Below, in pieces: positions 49,132 through 64,000 of a DNA stretch of 64,000 nucleotides. Source of the DNA: Eledone cirrhosa. Lineage: Eukaryota. The position numbers were made by a program, and so were the translations under genes. The stretch lies in assembly GCA_964016885.1 (NCBI GenBank), contig OZ024742.1:17298001-17362000 (forward strand), written 5' to 3'. The stretch's first letter is position 1, and each line of letters starts with the position of its first letter. The notes beneath the pieces are model-generated. The model was given only the letters and a program-made list of their open reading frames with translations. It ran no database searches and had not been told where the DNA came from.

Positions 49132-52100
49132 CCATTGGACGCAGGAGGAAAAGGTTCGTAACATTAAGCTGTTTTAAAGTATCATTTTTTGTATTTTCTT
49201 GTCGTTAACGAAACGTAAGGTACCCACCTTGGTTCCAAGGAAGGGAGATCTCTCAATATTCGGGCTTTAAGCCCGAATATTGAGATTTATTTTTAAAAAC
49301 TTCGAAAAAAACCGCTTTTCCACAAAAAAAAAAAATATGGAAATTTTCGACCTTGAAACAGTAAAAAAGGTTGAGGTCAAAAGTTCAAAAGCAGCCACTG
49401 TAGATCTCACCACAACTACGACTACTACAGACATGTCTGTCGAACATTCCACTGAATGTGAAGGCAAAACACAAAAGCTACCATCACAACCGCTCTCTTC
49501 TGTGTTAGTAGCAATATCATCTGAAACTGACATCACCACCACTACCACCACCACCACCACCACCACCACAACAACAAAAACTCAGAGCAATAGCGACAAT
49601 AACACCAACAGCTTCAATGTAAACACGGATTGCGGTGGCAACAGCAACAACAAACAAAACAACAACAACACCAACAACAACAGCAAGAACGTCAACACCA
49701 ACAACAGGAGCAATAGAGGCAGCAAAAACAAAGCGCTTATTGAATATTGATATTAGCGATAAAGACGAACAGTTGGCCCAGATGTGGAGGTTAATTAAAC
49801 GGGAGATGTCTTGGGCAAATCTGACCATCCCGGACGGGACAATAGCGGCCATGCAAAGGAGGACGGTGTACTTTTGATGCATTTCAGTGCAGACACGCAA
49901 AGTGGAACTTGCCAGCCAAGCAGAGGTCGAGACTACTTTGGAGTGCATCGGAAGTGACATAGAGTATAAAGCAAGGGCCAAACCGTTCGGTACCATCTCG
50001 GTATATTTCAAAACCGAGGCCCTTGCTATTAAGCACTCGGTGACCCCGTGCAGAACGGAACGCATTATCATGCACCCATCCTACATGGGCAAAAGGACAG
50101 TAAAGGTCCGCATTCCCAGGATCCCACCAGGAATGAACATATGGTGGCTCCTGGGATGCGTAATCGAGGAGGGGACAGACACTACCCTCCTGAATATCAA
50201 AAGGACATAGAGAGAAGACAGGTCCGGAATGGAGAGAAGACTGATCGGGGATAGATTTTTCTCAAAATGAAACCAGAGGACATGAACAACATCCCGGATT
50301 TTGCCCGCCCACAGGACGGGACAACAATCCAACTGGTCACTGAGGGATGAAGGCCGCACTTCTTCGTCTGCGGGGAAGCAACGCATCTGCACACCTTCTG
50401 CCCGCAGCGCAAAAATGCAGAGGGTCACAAACCTCCTTTGTTGCCAACGCCAGTGTCAGCACGGAAAGCTGTACCACCACCACCAAAAACAACACCAACA
50501 AAGACACGGACACAACATCAAAAACAGCCGGACAACGACCAAAACCAATCCAAGGGGAAAACGAGGAAAGCTCTCCCACTCCCCCTACCCCTCCAATTAT
50601 ACACATAGACAAAACAATAAACGCACACACAGACACAGAGACACTCACAGCCAGCAGCGAAAATGAAGGAAAACCCAAAAGTGCAAAAAAACATAAAACT
50701 CACCTAAAAAAGCCCCAACAAAACACAAAAACATACACAACAAAAAATACAGACACCACTAACACAAACACTTCCCCAATAACATCAGCACCAACAGCAA
50801 CATCGACACCACCCCCACAATCCCCGAAACGCAAACAGCCTAAACAAACACAAGTACAAATAAACACACAAATACCTGAAATTGCAGAGACCACACCTAC
50901 AATAAACACAGACATACCCGAAACAACACCACCAAAACCATCACCACCACAGTCACCAAAACGAAAACAAATAAAGCCACAATAACAAAATGTTAAAAAC
51001 TTCGTGCTTGTCAGAAGGGCCAACGATAAACTGATGACCCTCTTAGCACGAAGCGAGGACATTCAAACAGAGGGGGAGATCTTTGAAATGAGCACATTTT
51101 GCGTGCCAGAAAATTTGCTTCTGGTCCGAATGTCACTCGATTCCTTCAAAGAAATTCGGGAGAGCTTTCCTCAAGACGTGGGAACCCCAAATGTGAAACC
51201 CACATCGAGACTTTTAAAGGGGTTCCCAAAAGAAACCCCACCAACCATGGAGGTCGAACCACCCGAACTTCACAAGACCCCGGGAGGTAAGTAAACCTTC
51301 CCTCTCTATTTTAGCTTGCCAACATGGCCATATTAAGAGTAGGAAGTTTAAATCTTCGCGGCCTGGGGTCACCCTGGAAGCAGGGTCGCCTGCTCAACGA
51401 CCTCAGGCCGCTGGAAATGGATGTGATTGCCGTTAGCGAGACCAGAATTTCTGACACGCGCGCACTAGCCCCCATTTTCGACGACTATCAGATCTTCGCA
51501 TCTGTTAGCAGGCCGGGAATGGGAGGTGGGGTGGCAGTGCTGTTTAGGAAAGGACTGGATCTCGAGGTAAGGTCGATCTTCCGGGACCCGGACGGTAAGT
51601 TGATGGTCTTGGATGTGAGCAGTAGCGAAGGTGGTGCCTTTAGACTGCTGGCCGTCTACGCCCCTACTGGGGCCGGACGACCGGACTTCTTTAGGTGCCT
51701 GGAGACCTTTCTGGGTACGTCTCGCCCTCTACTGCTAGCGGGGGACTGGAACGCCATCTTAGACGCACGCTGGGATTGTGTGGGAGTAGCTGATAGGAGC
51801 GGGGGGGGGGGTGCAAAAGCCTCAAGCACCTAATCAGCCTGTTCCAACTGTCTGACAGGTATCGACTAGATTTCCCCAATGCGCCAGTATGGGCATGGAC
51901 CAACCGCATGGGGTCATCTAGATCGTATATAGACAGGAACTTCATTAGGAAAATAGATAGAAATAGTGTAGGCTGCCCACTTTTTAAAACGTTCGCCTAT
52001 TCAAATCACAAATTTGTGATCTGTATGGTCGACCTAGATAAAACGCGTAGGTTGGGACCGGGTTACTGGAAGCTGAACATGTCATTTCCGGCACGTAAGG

Positions 52101-54965
52101 CTTACAGGAACCATGTCAACAACTTAGTTAAGCAAAAGTTGACAGGGGGATCATCAACAACAGAAGGTCGGGGGCTCTCAAAAGAGAGATTAGAGTAACT
52201 TCGATAGAGTTCAGCAAAGAACTAGCGTTAGAGAAAAATAGAAAGAAGGGGGAGCTGGTAGATAAGTTAGACGAGGCTATTTGTAGTGGCATTGCAACTG
52301 ACGTGCTAGCGGCTTGAATTGCTTTAGACCATTTCTTCAATGCGAAACACGAAGGTTGCATTGTCAGAGCTAAGGCGCGTGCGCTGAGAAATGTGGTAAT
52401 AAAACCACAATTCGGTCTTTGGCGGACCGAGACGGACACGAGATAAGCGATTCCAAGCGGATGTGTGAGGCCTTTCGCCAGCACTCTCCTCAGTTGTCCG
52501 GGGAGAGTGGCGAGTCAAAGATAGTAGCGGATTCAGTCCCTACCTTGACGACTTGCCGCGCATCACGACGATCGACGCTGAGCACTGCGAAACGCCGATT
52601 ACTTCAGGCGAAATTCAGGACTCCCTTGTCGACTGCATGAGGCGCAAGTCACCCGCTTTGGATGGCCTGCCCAACGAGTTTTACGTAAATATGCCAGACT
52701 TGTTCTCCGAACTCCTCGAAGCACTCTACTGAAACTGGCAGCAAAATGGGAGTATTCCCAGTTCTGTGAGCGGGTGAGTGGTGACGCTGATAAGGAAAGA
52801 CGAGAACAAGAGGGATACATTAGACAACTTCCGGCCCATAACTCTGCTCAGCGCAGAGTTTAAGATTTTGGCCAAGGTGTTAGAAAAGAGATTGGCGCTT
52901 GTCGTCGAGGATTTGGTTGGGGAGGCACAAACTTGCGCACTCTCATCCAGTTCCATACACGACAATCTCCAACTCATGCGATACATCATAGAGAGGGTAG
53001 GGTGTAAACCTGGCTTCGGTGGGGCACTGATCAATTTAGATCAATCGAAAGCATTCGATAGGGTTGACCATTGGTATCTGGAGTTTGTCCTCAAAGCGGC
53101 TGGTTTCGGCCCTGTCTTCAGAAGCTGGATCGCTGCAATGCACAGCGGCACACGCTCGGTGGTCAAGGTTAATGGCCACCTCTCGGAACCATTTCGGCTC
53201 TCCCGATCGGTCCGTCAAGGGTGCCCTCTCTCGTCCCTTCTGTACGTATTGACTCCCGAGCCTTTACTGCGGAAGCAGAAGCTGTTGCAGAGCATCACAC
53301 TCGAACCGGGACGTGGAAAGGCTGTGTCGGCTTCTGCGGACGACATCACCGTGATGGTGTCGGACACCTCAGAAATCGAAGTGGTCGGCACCTTATTGAA
53401 GGAATATGAAAGGTTGACAGGAGCCAAACTTAACCCGGAAAAGTCGGTGGGCTTGCAGCTCGGAACCTGGAGAGGCAGCCGTCCAACAGCGTGATAAGGC
53501 GCTGGACGGACGGACCGGTAAAGTTGCTCGGGGTTTGGTTCGGACCAGACCTCCAGATGGAAAAGAATTGGGACGAGGTAACCAGCAGAGTAGCCAGTAT
53601 ACCCAAAAATGGGCTGGGAGGAAGCTATCACTGAAAGGTCGCGCGGAGGTGGCGAATGCGTACATCGCGTCCGTCATCTACTACCGGCTGACCGTCGTGC
53701 CTTGCCCCCGTCCGCGCCTCGTCAAGTTGGAACGGCTCCTCTTCAAATTCTTGTGGAGGGGACAAGTTCCGTTGGTGAGGCGGTCCATCTGCTGCCAGCA
53801 CCCTCTACGCGGAGGGCTGGGCATGTTGTGGCTAATGATGTGCAGACATGTGTTGAGGCTGTGACACATCTACAGATATTCTGCCTAAACGGTGAACAGG
53901 TGTGGTCGACGTTTATCAGACGGGCCTTTCTGCAGCTTGTTTATTTGACTGAGCTGCAGTCCTGGGTCAAGCAGAGACCAAGGCTGGATGACTGGCACCT
54001 GGAATGTTGCCAGGCACTCACTGCCCTCTACCAAGCGGGCAATGCGATCAGTGGAACTTCCACTCTCGAGTTCTATAGAGGATTAGTGGTGGGCAAGTGC
54101 GATGACGCACTCGGAGAAGCTTTAGGCCTCGACGAAGTCGAACTGACCAGTCTGTACCGGAGGACTTTCGAGACGGGGACGATGAACAATTTCTAGAAAT
54201 TCCTCACTTGGCAGTGCTACCGGGAGGCACTGCCGGTTCAGGATAAACTCTACAGGCACGGAAGTGCTGTCAGACGGACCTGCCCAAGAGGCGAAACCGT
54301 TCTGCACGCACTTCTCCAATGTACGTGCATTACTGACTTATGGAGTTATGTCGAACACCTACTGTCGCGTGTGGAACGAATCCGGCTATCGGCCGAGACC
54401 ATAGTGAAGATAGATCCACCACCTTACTTAGGTCAAGAAGAGCAGGAAATTTTACTATGTCTGGTGGCCGTTGCGAAAGAGGTTATATGGTGGACCAGAT
54501 TAAAAGGAGTGAAGACAGACACTTTTCTATCCGGCCAATCCCTCATCAACTTCTTTAATTTCACCTGGAAAGGAAGGTGAGGGTGGAGAGAGAGAAGTGC
54601 TTCCTCCCCAGTACATTTGCTAAAAGTGGATGAATGTGGCGAGAATGGCCCGTGTGAATGGGCCTACTCTGGTCATGCGGCTGTAGGCTAGCTAACTTGA
54701 GGAGAGGGGTGCTCTCCCTGGGTGCCCTAGAAGCGCAGGGTGGTTCAGGATTGGTGGGAAACCTGAGTCACCCCAGGGTCGTCCAACTCCTATCGGGGAA
54801 TTTATTTTGTTATATTTATGCATAGTTTATTTTATATTTTTATATCTTCATTGTTAAATTAGTCTTGCCATTGTGCACTTTTACTCGACCTTATTGTAAC
54901 CCCCCACAGTCCCTGTCTTTGTATTGTCCCCTACATGTCGGCCCTTGTGGCTAATAAATGAAATC
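49132..54965 (+). mobile_element. Full-length degenerate L1/Tx1-clade LINE (T6) inserted in (ATT)n
   Basis: Fragmented ORF1 (~49337-51294) and ORF2 (51324-~54686). 3' end TAATAAATGAAATC followed by (ATT)n; (TTA)n upstream. Confidence 0.9.
51324..54686 (+). pseudogene. T6 ORF2 (APE-RT), multiply frameshifted
   Basis: GSLNLRGL, AGDWN, FRPITLL, DQSKAFDRV, QGCPLS; YADD is changed to SADD. Confidence 0.88.
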
Positions 54966-55020
54966 ATTTTTATTATTATTATTATTATTATTATAATTAT
55001 TATTATTATTATTATTATTT

Positions 55021-55089
<69 letters not shown>

Positions 55090-55232
55090 CAAACTAAAGG
55101 TTAAGCAACGAATTTCTACTTTCACCTTATACGGGATCTTCAGAAGATTCCCTATAGGATGAAAGCAGTGATTCTTTGCTTAAACTTTAATCTGTACTTA
55201 TAATAAATATATGCTCTACATGTTTTTATATA

Positions 55233-55303
<71 letters not shown>

Positions 55304-55588
55304 TATATATAAGTTTATGTCGGGTTCAATCAGGGGTAACCACATTAAGTAAGGTACTCAATACAAAGCAGAGTATAAATATTTAATATAGAAAAGGCTT
55401 CTACAGGACTAGAACTGTTTCATTCAGGAGAAATCATCATATATATATATATGTGTGTATGTGTGTGTGTGTGTGCATGTAAGTATATATGTATGTATGT
55501 ATATATTTAATGAATAGACAAGGCAAACACAGAGATGAAAAAGCAGAAAGTCGTAGTAGTTTCACGCTTAGGAAGAAGTAGATGTGGG

Positions 55589-55624
55589 ATTCGACGTGTC
55601 GGACATAAGCCCTTCTTCGGAAAA
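55589..55624 (-). ncRNA. Degenerate minimal hammerhead of Penelope type
   Basis: TTTT-CCGAAGA-AGGGC TTAT GTCC-GACA-CG-TC^GAAT; two core deviations. Confidence 0.5.
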
Positions 55625-55984
55625 TGGGGAGTACAGAGAGAGTTCGGAGAGAGTGGGAGAAAAAAAAGGTTAGAACAACGGAGTTTGAAAAAAAAAGATT
55701 TAAAATGGCTGGAGAAGGGAGGGAACTAGTTCGGGGGGTGGGGGCCGAGGTTTTATAGGTGCTGTTATGTGTGTTGCAGAAAGAGTATATTTCGTGGGTG
55801 TGAATTATTGCTTCTGTATGTTGTTTGTGTGTGCGTGGGTGTCTGCATGTGCCTGTAAATTTTATACGCAGTTTTGTTTGTGTGTTCGTGTGTGTTTGTG
55901 TATATATGTGCGCGTGTCCACTTGCGTATATGTGTATGTTTTTGTTTGAGTGTGTGTGTGTGTGTATGTTTATGTATGAGTCTG

Positions 55985-56720
55985 TATGTATATACGCGTG
56001 TGTCTATGAAAATGAAATGTGTGTATGTGTGTGAAATGTTTGTATGTGTGTGGGTGTATGTATATACACGTGTGTCTTTGAAATGTTTGTATGTGTGTGT
56101 GTGTATGTATATACATGTGTGTCTGGGAAATGTTTGTATGTGTGTGTGCGTGTATGTATATACACGTGTGTCTGAGAAATGTTTATGTATGTGTGTGTAT
56201 GTATATACATGTGTGTCTGGGAAATGTTTGTATGTGTGTGTGTGTGTATGTATATAGACGTGTGTCTGTGAAATGTTTGTATGTGTGTGTGTATGTATAT
56301 ACACGTGTGTCTGTGAAATGTGTGTATGTATACACACGTGTGTCTGTGAAATGTGTGTGTGTGTATGTATATACACGTGTGTCTGTGAAATGTGTGTGTG
56401 TGTATGTATATACACGTGTGTCTGTGAAATGTGTGTGTGTGTATGTATATACACGTGTGTCTGTGAAATGTGTGTATGTGAGTGTGTGTATGTATATACA
56501 CGTGTGTCTGTGAAATGTGTGTATGTGAGTGTGTGTATGTATATACACGTGTGTCTGTGAAATGTGTGTATGTGTGTGTGTATGTATATACACGTGTGTC
56601 TGTGAAATGTGTGTATGTGAGTGTGTGTATGTATATACACGTGTGTCTGTGAAATGTTTATGTATGTATGTGTGTGTATGTATATACACGTCTGTCTGTG
56701 AAATGTGTGTATGTGTGTGT
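55985..56720. repeat. Microsatellite-derived minisatellite (~35-45 bp variable unit)
   Basis: Recurring TGTATGTATATACACGTGTGTCTGTGAAATG with variable (TG)n spacers. Confidence 0.9.
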
Positions 56721-57058
56721 GTGTAAGTGTGAGAATATTTTGAACAATGAAGTACTGTAACCAACTTACACATGACTTGTTTTATTTTCATTGTTCAAGA
56801 TACACGTTAATCACTCTGTAGCCTGTGTACATTCTTCAAAGGGATTTATGTGAGTAGTACCTACCTCATCATCTAAAGCCCTGAAACAATTACCTTAATC
56901 AATCTACTACTATATCAATCCATTGAGCTTTAGCAATATTATCCGCCCCACCTTCAATAGGTGTATATATATATTTATATATATATGTGTGGTGTGTGTG
57001 AGTCTGTGTGTGTGTGTGCATATGTGTGTGTGATTGTGTGTGTGTGTGTGTGTGTGAT

Positions 57059-57106
<48 letters not shown>

Positions 57107-57270
57107 ATTGTGTGTATATATATATATATGTGTGTGTGTACATGTGTGTGTGTATGTATGTGTGTGATTGTGTGTGTATATATATATAAACATATAAGGA
57201 GAAAAGTTACTCATGTATACCGTTGCGTGTATACACAATATATATGTATATATATTCTCTCTTCATAATG

Positions 57271-57307
<37 letters not shown>

Positions 57308-57538
57308 GGAAAAGAGACTGAACCCCGACGTCTGAGTTCCGGCCGTTTCGGATCTAGCTGTCGAAACGGCCGGAACTCAGCCGTCGGGGCCCTAACTCTT
57401 TTCCTATTACCCACTCTACTACTCTAAGTATCGAGTACTCTGGTACTATGGTCCACCTGCTTCCTTACCACACCCTCTTTGTTATATATATATATAAATA
57501 TATATATAGTTATGTAATAAACAACATAAGATAATTAT

Positions 57539-57600
57539 TTCATTTACCAGTGGTTTCTTGAGGACAGATATTTATATCTGTCTTCAGTCATCAGAAAGAA
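57539..57600 (-). ncRNA. Type I hammerhead ribozyme
   Basis: TTCTTT-CTGATGA-C TGAAGACAGATAT AA ATATCTGTCCTCA A-GAAA-CCACTGG-TA^AATGAA, in a ~105-bp island between (TA)n tracts. Confidence 0.75.
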
Positions 57601-57609
57601 TAGTAAGGA

Positions 57610-57685
<76 letters not shown>

Positions 57686-57688
<3 letters not shown>

Positions 57689-58102
57689 AACAAGTATGAC
57701 CCTCACGGTAGAGCTCAAGCCGTTTCGACGGCTAATTCTGGACTAAATAAGAATTTTTAGCCTGGTAAATAAATAGCCGAACTCCCTCTTTGTTCTACCG
57801 GCAAGTTCAGCCACACCTACCTCCCACTAAATGCCATGATAGAATCATCTGTCTTTACAACAAATTTTTGACCAATCCTTTTTGACAATTACTATCTTCC
57901 CATATAAGGAATTACCCCCTGAGAAGTTCGGCTATTTATTTACCAAGCTAAAAATTCTTATTTCGTCCAGAATTAGCCTTCGAAACGGTTTGAGCTCTGC
58001 CGTCGGGGTCATACTTGTTCCTATTACCGACTCTACTACCCTAAGTATTGAGTACTTTGGTGCGTTATGGTCCATCTGGTTCCTTACCATCTGGTTCCTT
58101 CG

Positions 58103-58105
<3 letters not shown>
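57686..58105 (+). mobile_element. pLTR-like family C element with inverted 5' copy and hammerhead
   Basis: 57686-57783 is the reverse complement of ~57925-58024. Hammerhead 57914-58009: ACCCC-CTGAGA-...-GAAACGG..CCGTC^GGGGT (core one nt short). A hairpin copy lies at 57323-57389. Confidence 0.7.
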
Positions 58106-58165
<60 letters not shown>

Positions 58166-58314
58166 TAAGTTATTCCGGGTTGAATTGGAGGTAACCACAG
58201 TAAGTAAGGTACTCAATACATAGCAGATAATAAAAGTTTTAATATAGATGACATTCTACAGGACTAGAACTGTTTCAGTTCTAGTCCTGTAGAATGTCTT
58301 CTATCTATCTATCT

Positions 58315-58388
<74 letters not shown>

Positions 58389-58485
58389 AATGGCTACTAC
58401 GAGACTAGAAGCCATTTCTATATTAAATATTTATACTGTGATATGTATTGAGTACCTTACTGTGGTTACCCCCGACCCCGGGATA

Positions 58486-58555
<70 letters not shown>

Positions 58556-58676
58556 CATACGACGTGGCCGAAACCTCACTGGATTTTAAAATATGTTAAC
58601 TTTTTTTTACAATTAATTTAATAAGAGGCTTTTTTTATATTTTGAAATGATCTAGAGACCTACAAGTATCTCTCTC

Positions 58677-58707
<31 letters not shown>

Positions 58708-58735
58708 ACCTATCTCTGTCTCTCTCGCTCTCTCT

Positions 58736-58787
<52 letters not shown>

Positions 58788-58846
58788 TCTCTCTACTCTA
58801 CAGTAACTCGGCGTTACATTCCCTGGATATATATATATATATATAG

Positions 58847-58916
<70 letters not shown>

Positions 58917-58951
58917 CGCTTTTACTCTGTTACCTGTTCTAGCCATCCGGC

Positions 58952-58982
<31 letters not shown>

Positions 58983-59091
58983 ATAAATATGTATATATAT
59001 ATATATATATATATAAACATGTATGTATATGTATGTATGTATATACATATAAATATATGTACATATATATATATGTGTGTGTGTGTAAAGG

Positions 59092-59163
<72 letters not shown>

Positions 59164-59341
59164 GAGTGTATGAGACTCTCTTCCTGCTATTTCAAGCGTT
59201 AAACTAATATACTTGTTTCATGTACTCGTTATTTCTGTTATTACTTCATATACTTGTATATATATACACATATTATTATATTATAAAATTAAATCAAATT
59301 ATTTAACACTACAAGTGATGTCATTCTCTTCCTTTTTTTTC

Positions 59342-60220
<879 letters not shown>

Positions 60221-60708
60221 ATGTCCATTCACTGACAAACGATACATCAATAACAACAACTACCTTCAGAATACTCCGAGTACCTCTGAAGGTAGTATAT
60301 GACAGTATGGTGTTTTATATAGTATAATATACTATATATGTGAGTGTGTATGGGTTTGTGTGGGTGTGTTTCTGTGTGTGGGTGGGTGTCTCTGTATATT
60401 TTGTTTTTCTATGACCCGTAACATAGCGGTTCGATAAGATATCCATCGATTTAAAATCAATAATTACTGGGTCCATCATGATCAACTGCTATCCTTGACT
60501 CTGGTGCCCCAGGATGGCCGTTACTTAATGACTTAAACCAATAAAACAGTATAGATGCATTCAAAGTTTTGCATATTGGAGTGTATATGTGACGCGGGAA
60601 AGATCGATTCTATAAGCTGCACATGAGAGAAAATAAATCAAGTTGTAAAAAATACACCTACACACTGTTGCACGTGAATTAAAGTTATATTCCTGCACAT
60701 ATATATAT

Positions 60709-60744
<36 letters not shown>

Positions 60745-60874
60745 CAATGGTATCCTTACGCAGAGATTGTAGAACACACACATACGCACACTGAAAACAC
60801 AATACAATACAACTGATGCACTCACATACACACACATGCACACATACACACACACACACACGCACGCACACACG

Positions 60875-60939
<65 letters not shown>

Positions 60940-61023
60940 TCACACACACGTATATTCCTACAGAGAAAAGTGGGAGGGAAGAACGAAGTGAAGGAGGAGA
61001 CTGAAATATCGTGGGCACGAGAA

Positions 61024-61340
61024 TATATAACACAACAGAATCGACAGCAGCGGCAACAGCAGCAAGTAAATAAGAGCAGCAGCAGCTAAAGCATCAACAG
61101 CTGCAGCATCAACAGCAGCAGTCAACCAAACTATATCAACATCAGCTTTTGCCATCATATATCGCTGTTCTTTACTCTTGACTACAAAGCAACTCTCCAA
61201 CAAACAAAGCTAAGAAAAACTAACCACCCTAGGAGCACATTATAACCAGAAGCAACATTTAACTTCACAAACTACCAGCCTTTTCTTTCTGCTTGTTCGT
61301 TTGTTGTTTTGTCTCAATTAATTAGATCCAGAAGGTATGT
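61024..61340 (+). promoter_or_regulatory. Possible TATA box, non-coding first exon and splice donor of a host gene
   Basis: TATATAA at 61024-61030, CAG-rich unique sequence, AAG|GTATGT at 61334/61335, then repeat-poor DNA. Confidence 0.3.
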
Positions 61341-63310
61341 GGAACAAACTTTTCCAACACTTAAATAACCTTTTTTTTAGTTTCTAAGTTACTTATATTT
61401 TTTCTTGTTTCATTGACTTATATATCATGTTTTAACGTTATTTTTTACTTCATCATCGCCATTATCAATCATCATTTTTATCATTTTTATCATTTTCATC
61501 GTTATGGTGTTCAAAGTTGATAAAATATGCAATAATTATTTATTCATAATCCATGTAAATATTGTTATAGGTATTTCCAAGACAGTTCATAACATGGTTG
61601 CTTTTGACTCCCAACTCATTAGAAACTGATTAAGTACACAAGGGTCAAGCACAGTAATCGGTTGTATAAAGTTATGTTACTTTAAAGCCTCCTGTGAATG
61701 GCTCAGTTGACAATGTAGAATACAAAACTTTGGGGAAGTTGACCGTTAATGTCTTATACCCGTGCTGAGTAAGGTCCAATGCAACGGTACATAATTCACA
61801 ATATTCCAATCTATATAGCTTCTGTTAGAAACCACTGAAAATAGCAACATAATTGTTGAATTGAATATTTCATTTGCTTGTAGTTTTGAATACAATATTT
61901 CCAAAAGTAAAAGCCACATGAAATACAACAGTGATCCATCTAAGAGATTCTTATTCAGTTAACACTATTCAGGTCGCCCTAACACAACGAAGTGCTAAGT
62001 TTTGGAAATTGTCTTTAGCCATTGTAAGAAGCCATTATTATCAGATCAGCTAATTCCAAGATATATTTGTAGAATCAACCATTCTATTTAAATGTCTCTT
62101 TCTAGATTTCAATTTCAAATCATATCGATTTAAATTTTACATTTCATTCCCCAAGGTCGATAATATAAGTAGATGTAATACATTTAAATCTGATCCATTC
62201 TTTATAATATTCTACAAGAAATATCAACCTGAATTGATTGAGTGCAGGACTAGAAACTTTACAGTTGGACGTCATATTACAGTTTTTACCCGTAACCCAC
62301 CACCGTAGTCAACTTCGACATTTCTAACTCCCCAGGCTAGAATCAATGATTGATTTTATTAGATATATATTGATATATTTCACAAAGGTTCTTCCTGTAC
62401 CTGTGTAATAAATAAAGACTAAACCTCTGTATAATAACTTGATCGGCTATAATCTCTCTTAAATCACACGTAGAAAAGGAGAAACGTATTGGAAATATAG
62501 TTTTAGTTACCGCTAAAGAGATAGGATGGTCATGTCTGGAATTCCTTTCTTAAGATATCGTTGATCATAACTGACTTGGAGTTAAACAACAATTGCGACA
62601 TCTAATACTTTCTTGATTTGACATAGGTAGTATAAAGCTAGTTATAAAAAGATCACATTGATTAGTTTAGCTTGTTTGTAATCAAGGTTTGAACGACACT
62701 GTGTCGGATTTGTCAATGTTTGTGGGTCCTGAATAGAAGTACCAGTAATATACTAGTACATCTACTATACTACTTCAATTTGCAACTATTAAAAATAAAT
62801 AACTTCAGTTTGTAGTAAGACGAATGCGGAAACCTAGAGATAAATGGATTTTCGTCAATTATAATTTATATCATACCAAGAAAAATAGATCTAACACATA
62901 CACTAAACTGTGTCATTGTATACCGTGGAATATTGCACATTATCCACTTTCCTCTTTTGTTTTATATTTCCAGTGTCATTAAATAGGATAATTGGATGTG
63001 TAATAAATTATAAAATATATGAACAAGTTATGATACCATAACTTTACAAACTTGACCATGGGATGTTATTAAATATCCATTCTTCTCTAAGTTTAAATGT
63101 TTCTCTGTTTGAATTAGTAAAACAGAGGAGGAGGGAGAAATTCGAGAGTAATGATATATATTGAGTTAGAAATTCAAATAGTCTGTTTACGTGTAGTGAG
63201 AATAGATTATCTGAGTCAGAAGTAAAACTAACTGTAAAGTTAAGCTCATATAAGATCGTAAAATCATTTGACCTTTAACTCTACAAAATGCTGGTATAGT
63301 CACTGCCTCC

Positions 63311-63370
<60 letters not shown>

Positions 63371-64000
63371 CTCTCTCTCTCCCTCCATCTCTCACAGGGG
63401 GTCAAACTCTGTAACATCTGTTTCGTTGTATATTTGTATAAAGTATAAATTAGTGAACGAGTGTCTATGTAAGTGATCGATCTGCTAGAAATATTAGCTA
63501 ATTTTCTCACTATTGGAAACACTAATCAAAGATGTACTGTAACTGAATAAATATGGAGTGATCAACGCTGAAACAGTCTCCATCAGGAGTCTGCTCTATT
63601 ACGGTGGAACCTGAGCTAAATAATAAAAGCAACTTATTTATATATTTGTCTTAGTTCGCTTACCTTAGGCATCTTGGAGAGCCCTATACTGAGGAAGGTT
63701 TTCATTCACTTAGCTAAATAAAGGCACCACCTATTCTTTTTTATGGGCTGTGTTCGCATTCCTGTTTGGAGCTTAATATAGTTTTTAAACAAGTCTCTTT
63801 CCATCATCATTACTGAGGATCGGGGCCCCTAGACAATTGCAGCAATTTTCATTTATATGATGCTGTGTTTATGATTCTGATCGGGAAAAAAGTGATATCG
63901 GTGACTCCCGAATCCTCGTCAAACAATTAATCAGAATCTGACTACCGAGTCATATCACATCCACCCTCATCACAAGGATGAAACCGTTGGCCACTTGAAA

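Noticed and set aside
63808-63848. CTGAGGA...CAATTG hammerhead-like remnant
   Set aside because: The GAAA box and cleavage triplet are absent.

Overview
Eukaryotic, AT-rich, microsatellite-saturated animal DNA. The SINE types and repeat landscape suggest an octopod cephalopod (inference from recalled repeat families, not checked). No intact host protein-coding gene is recognisable, and most ORF-track entries are translations of microsatellites. The window is a retroelement ecosystem partitioned by microsatellite type. (1) Six L1/Tx1-type LINE copies end in a shared AATAAA(A/T)GAAATC-like terminus with no poly(A). Four sit in (GATA/TATC)n and two in (ATT)n; one of the latter has two intact ORFs (38534-44554). 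(2) Three R4/Dong-type restriction-like-endonuclease LINE pieces carry (AAT)n tails. They form a ~17 kb nested chain with the Tx1 copies, and the two clades use opposite strands of the same repeat. (3) About 15 type-I hammerhead ribozyme motifs, read by eye, come from about ten unrelated short elements mostly lodged in (TA)n, many with inverted 5' duplications. These include two non-coding retrozyme-like units (periods 540 and 627 nt) and a Penelope-like GIY-YIG fragment. Also present are SINEs, RTE fragments, two RTE-derived non-autonomous copies, a 52-bp minisatellite, a decayed hAT-like transposase and a possible non-coding first exon near 61.3 kb. All alignments and folds were done by eye, so boundaries are approximate.
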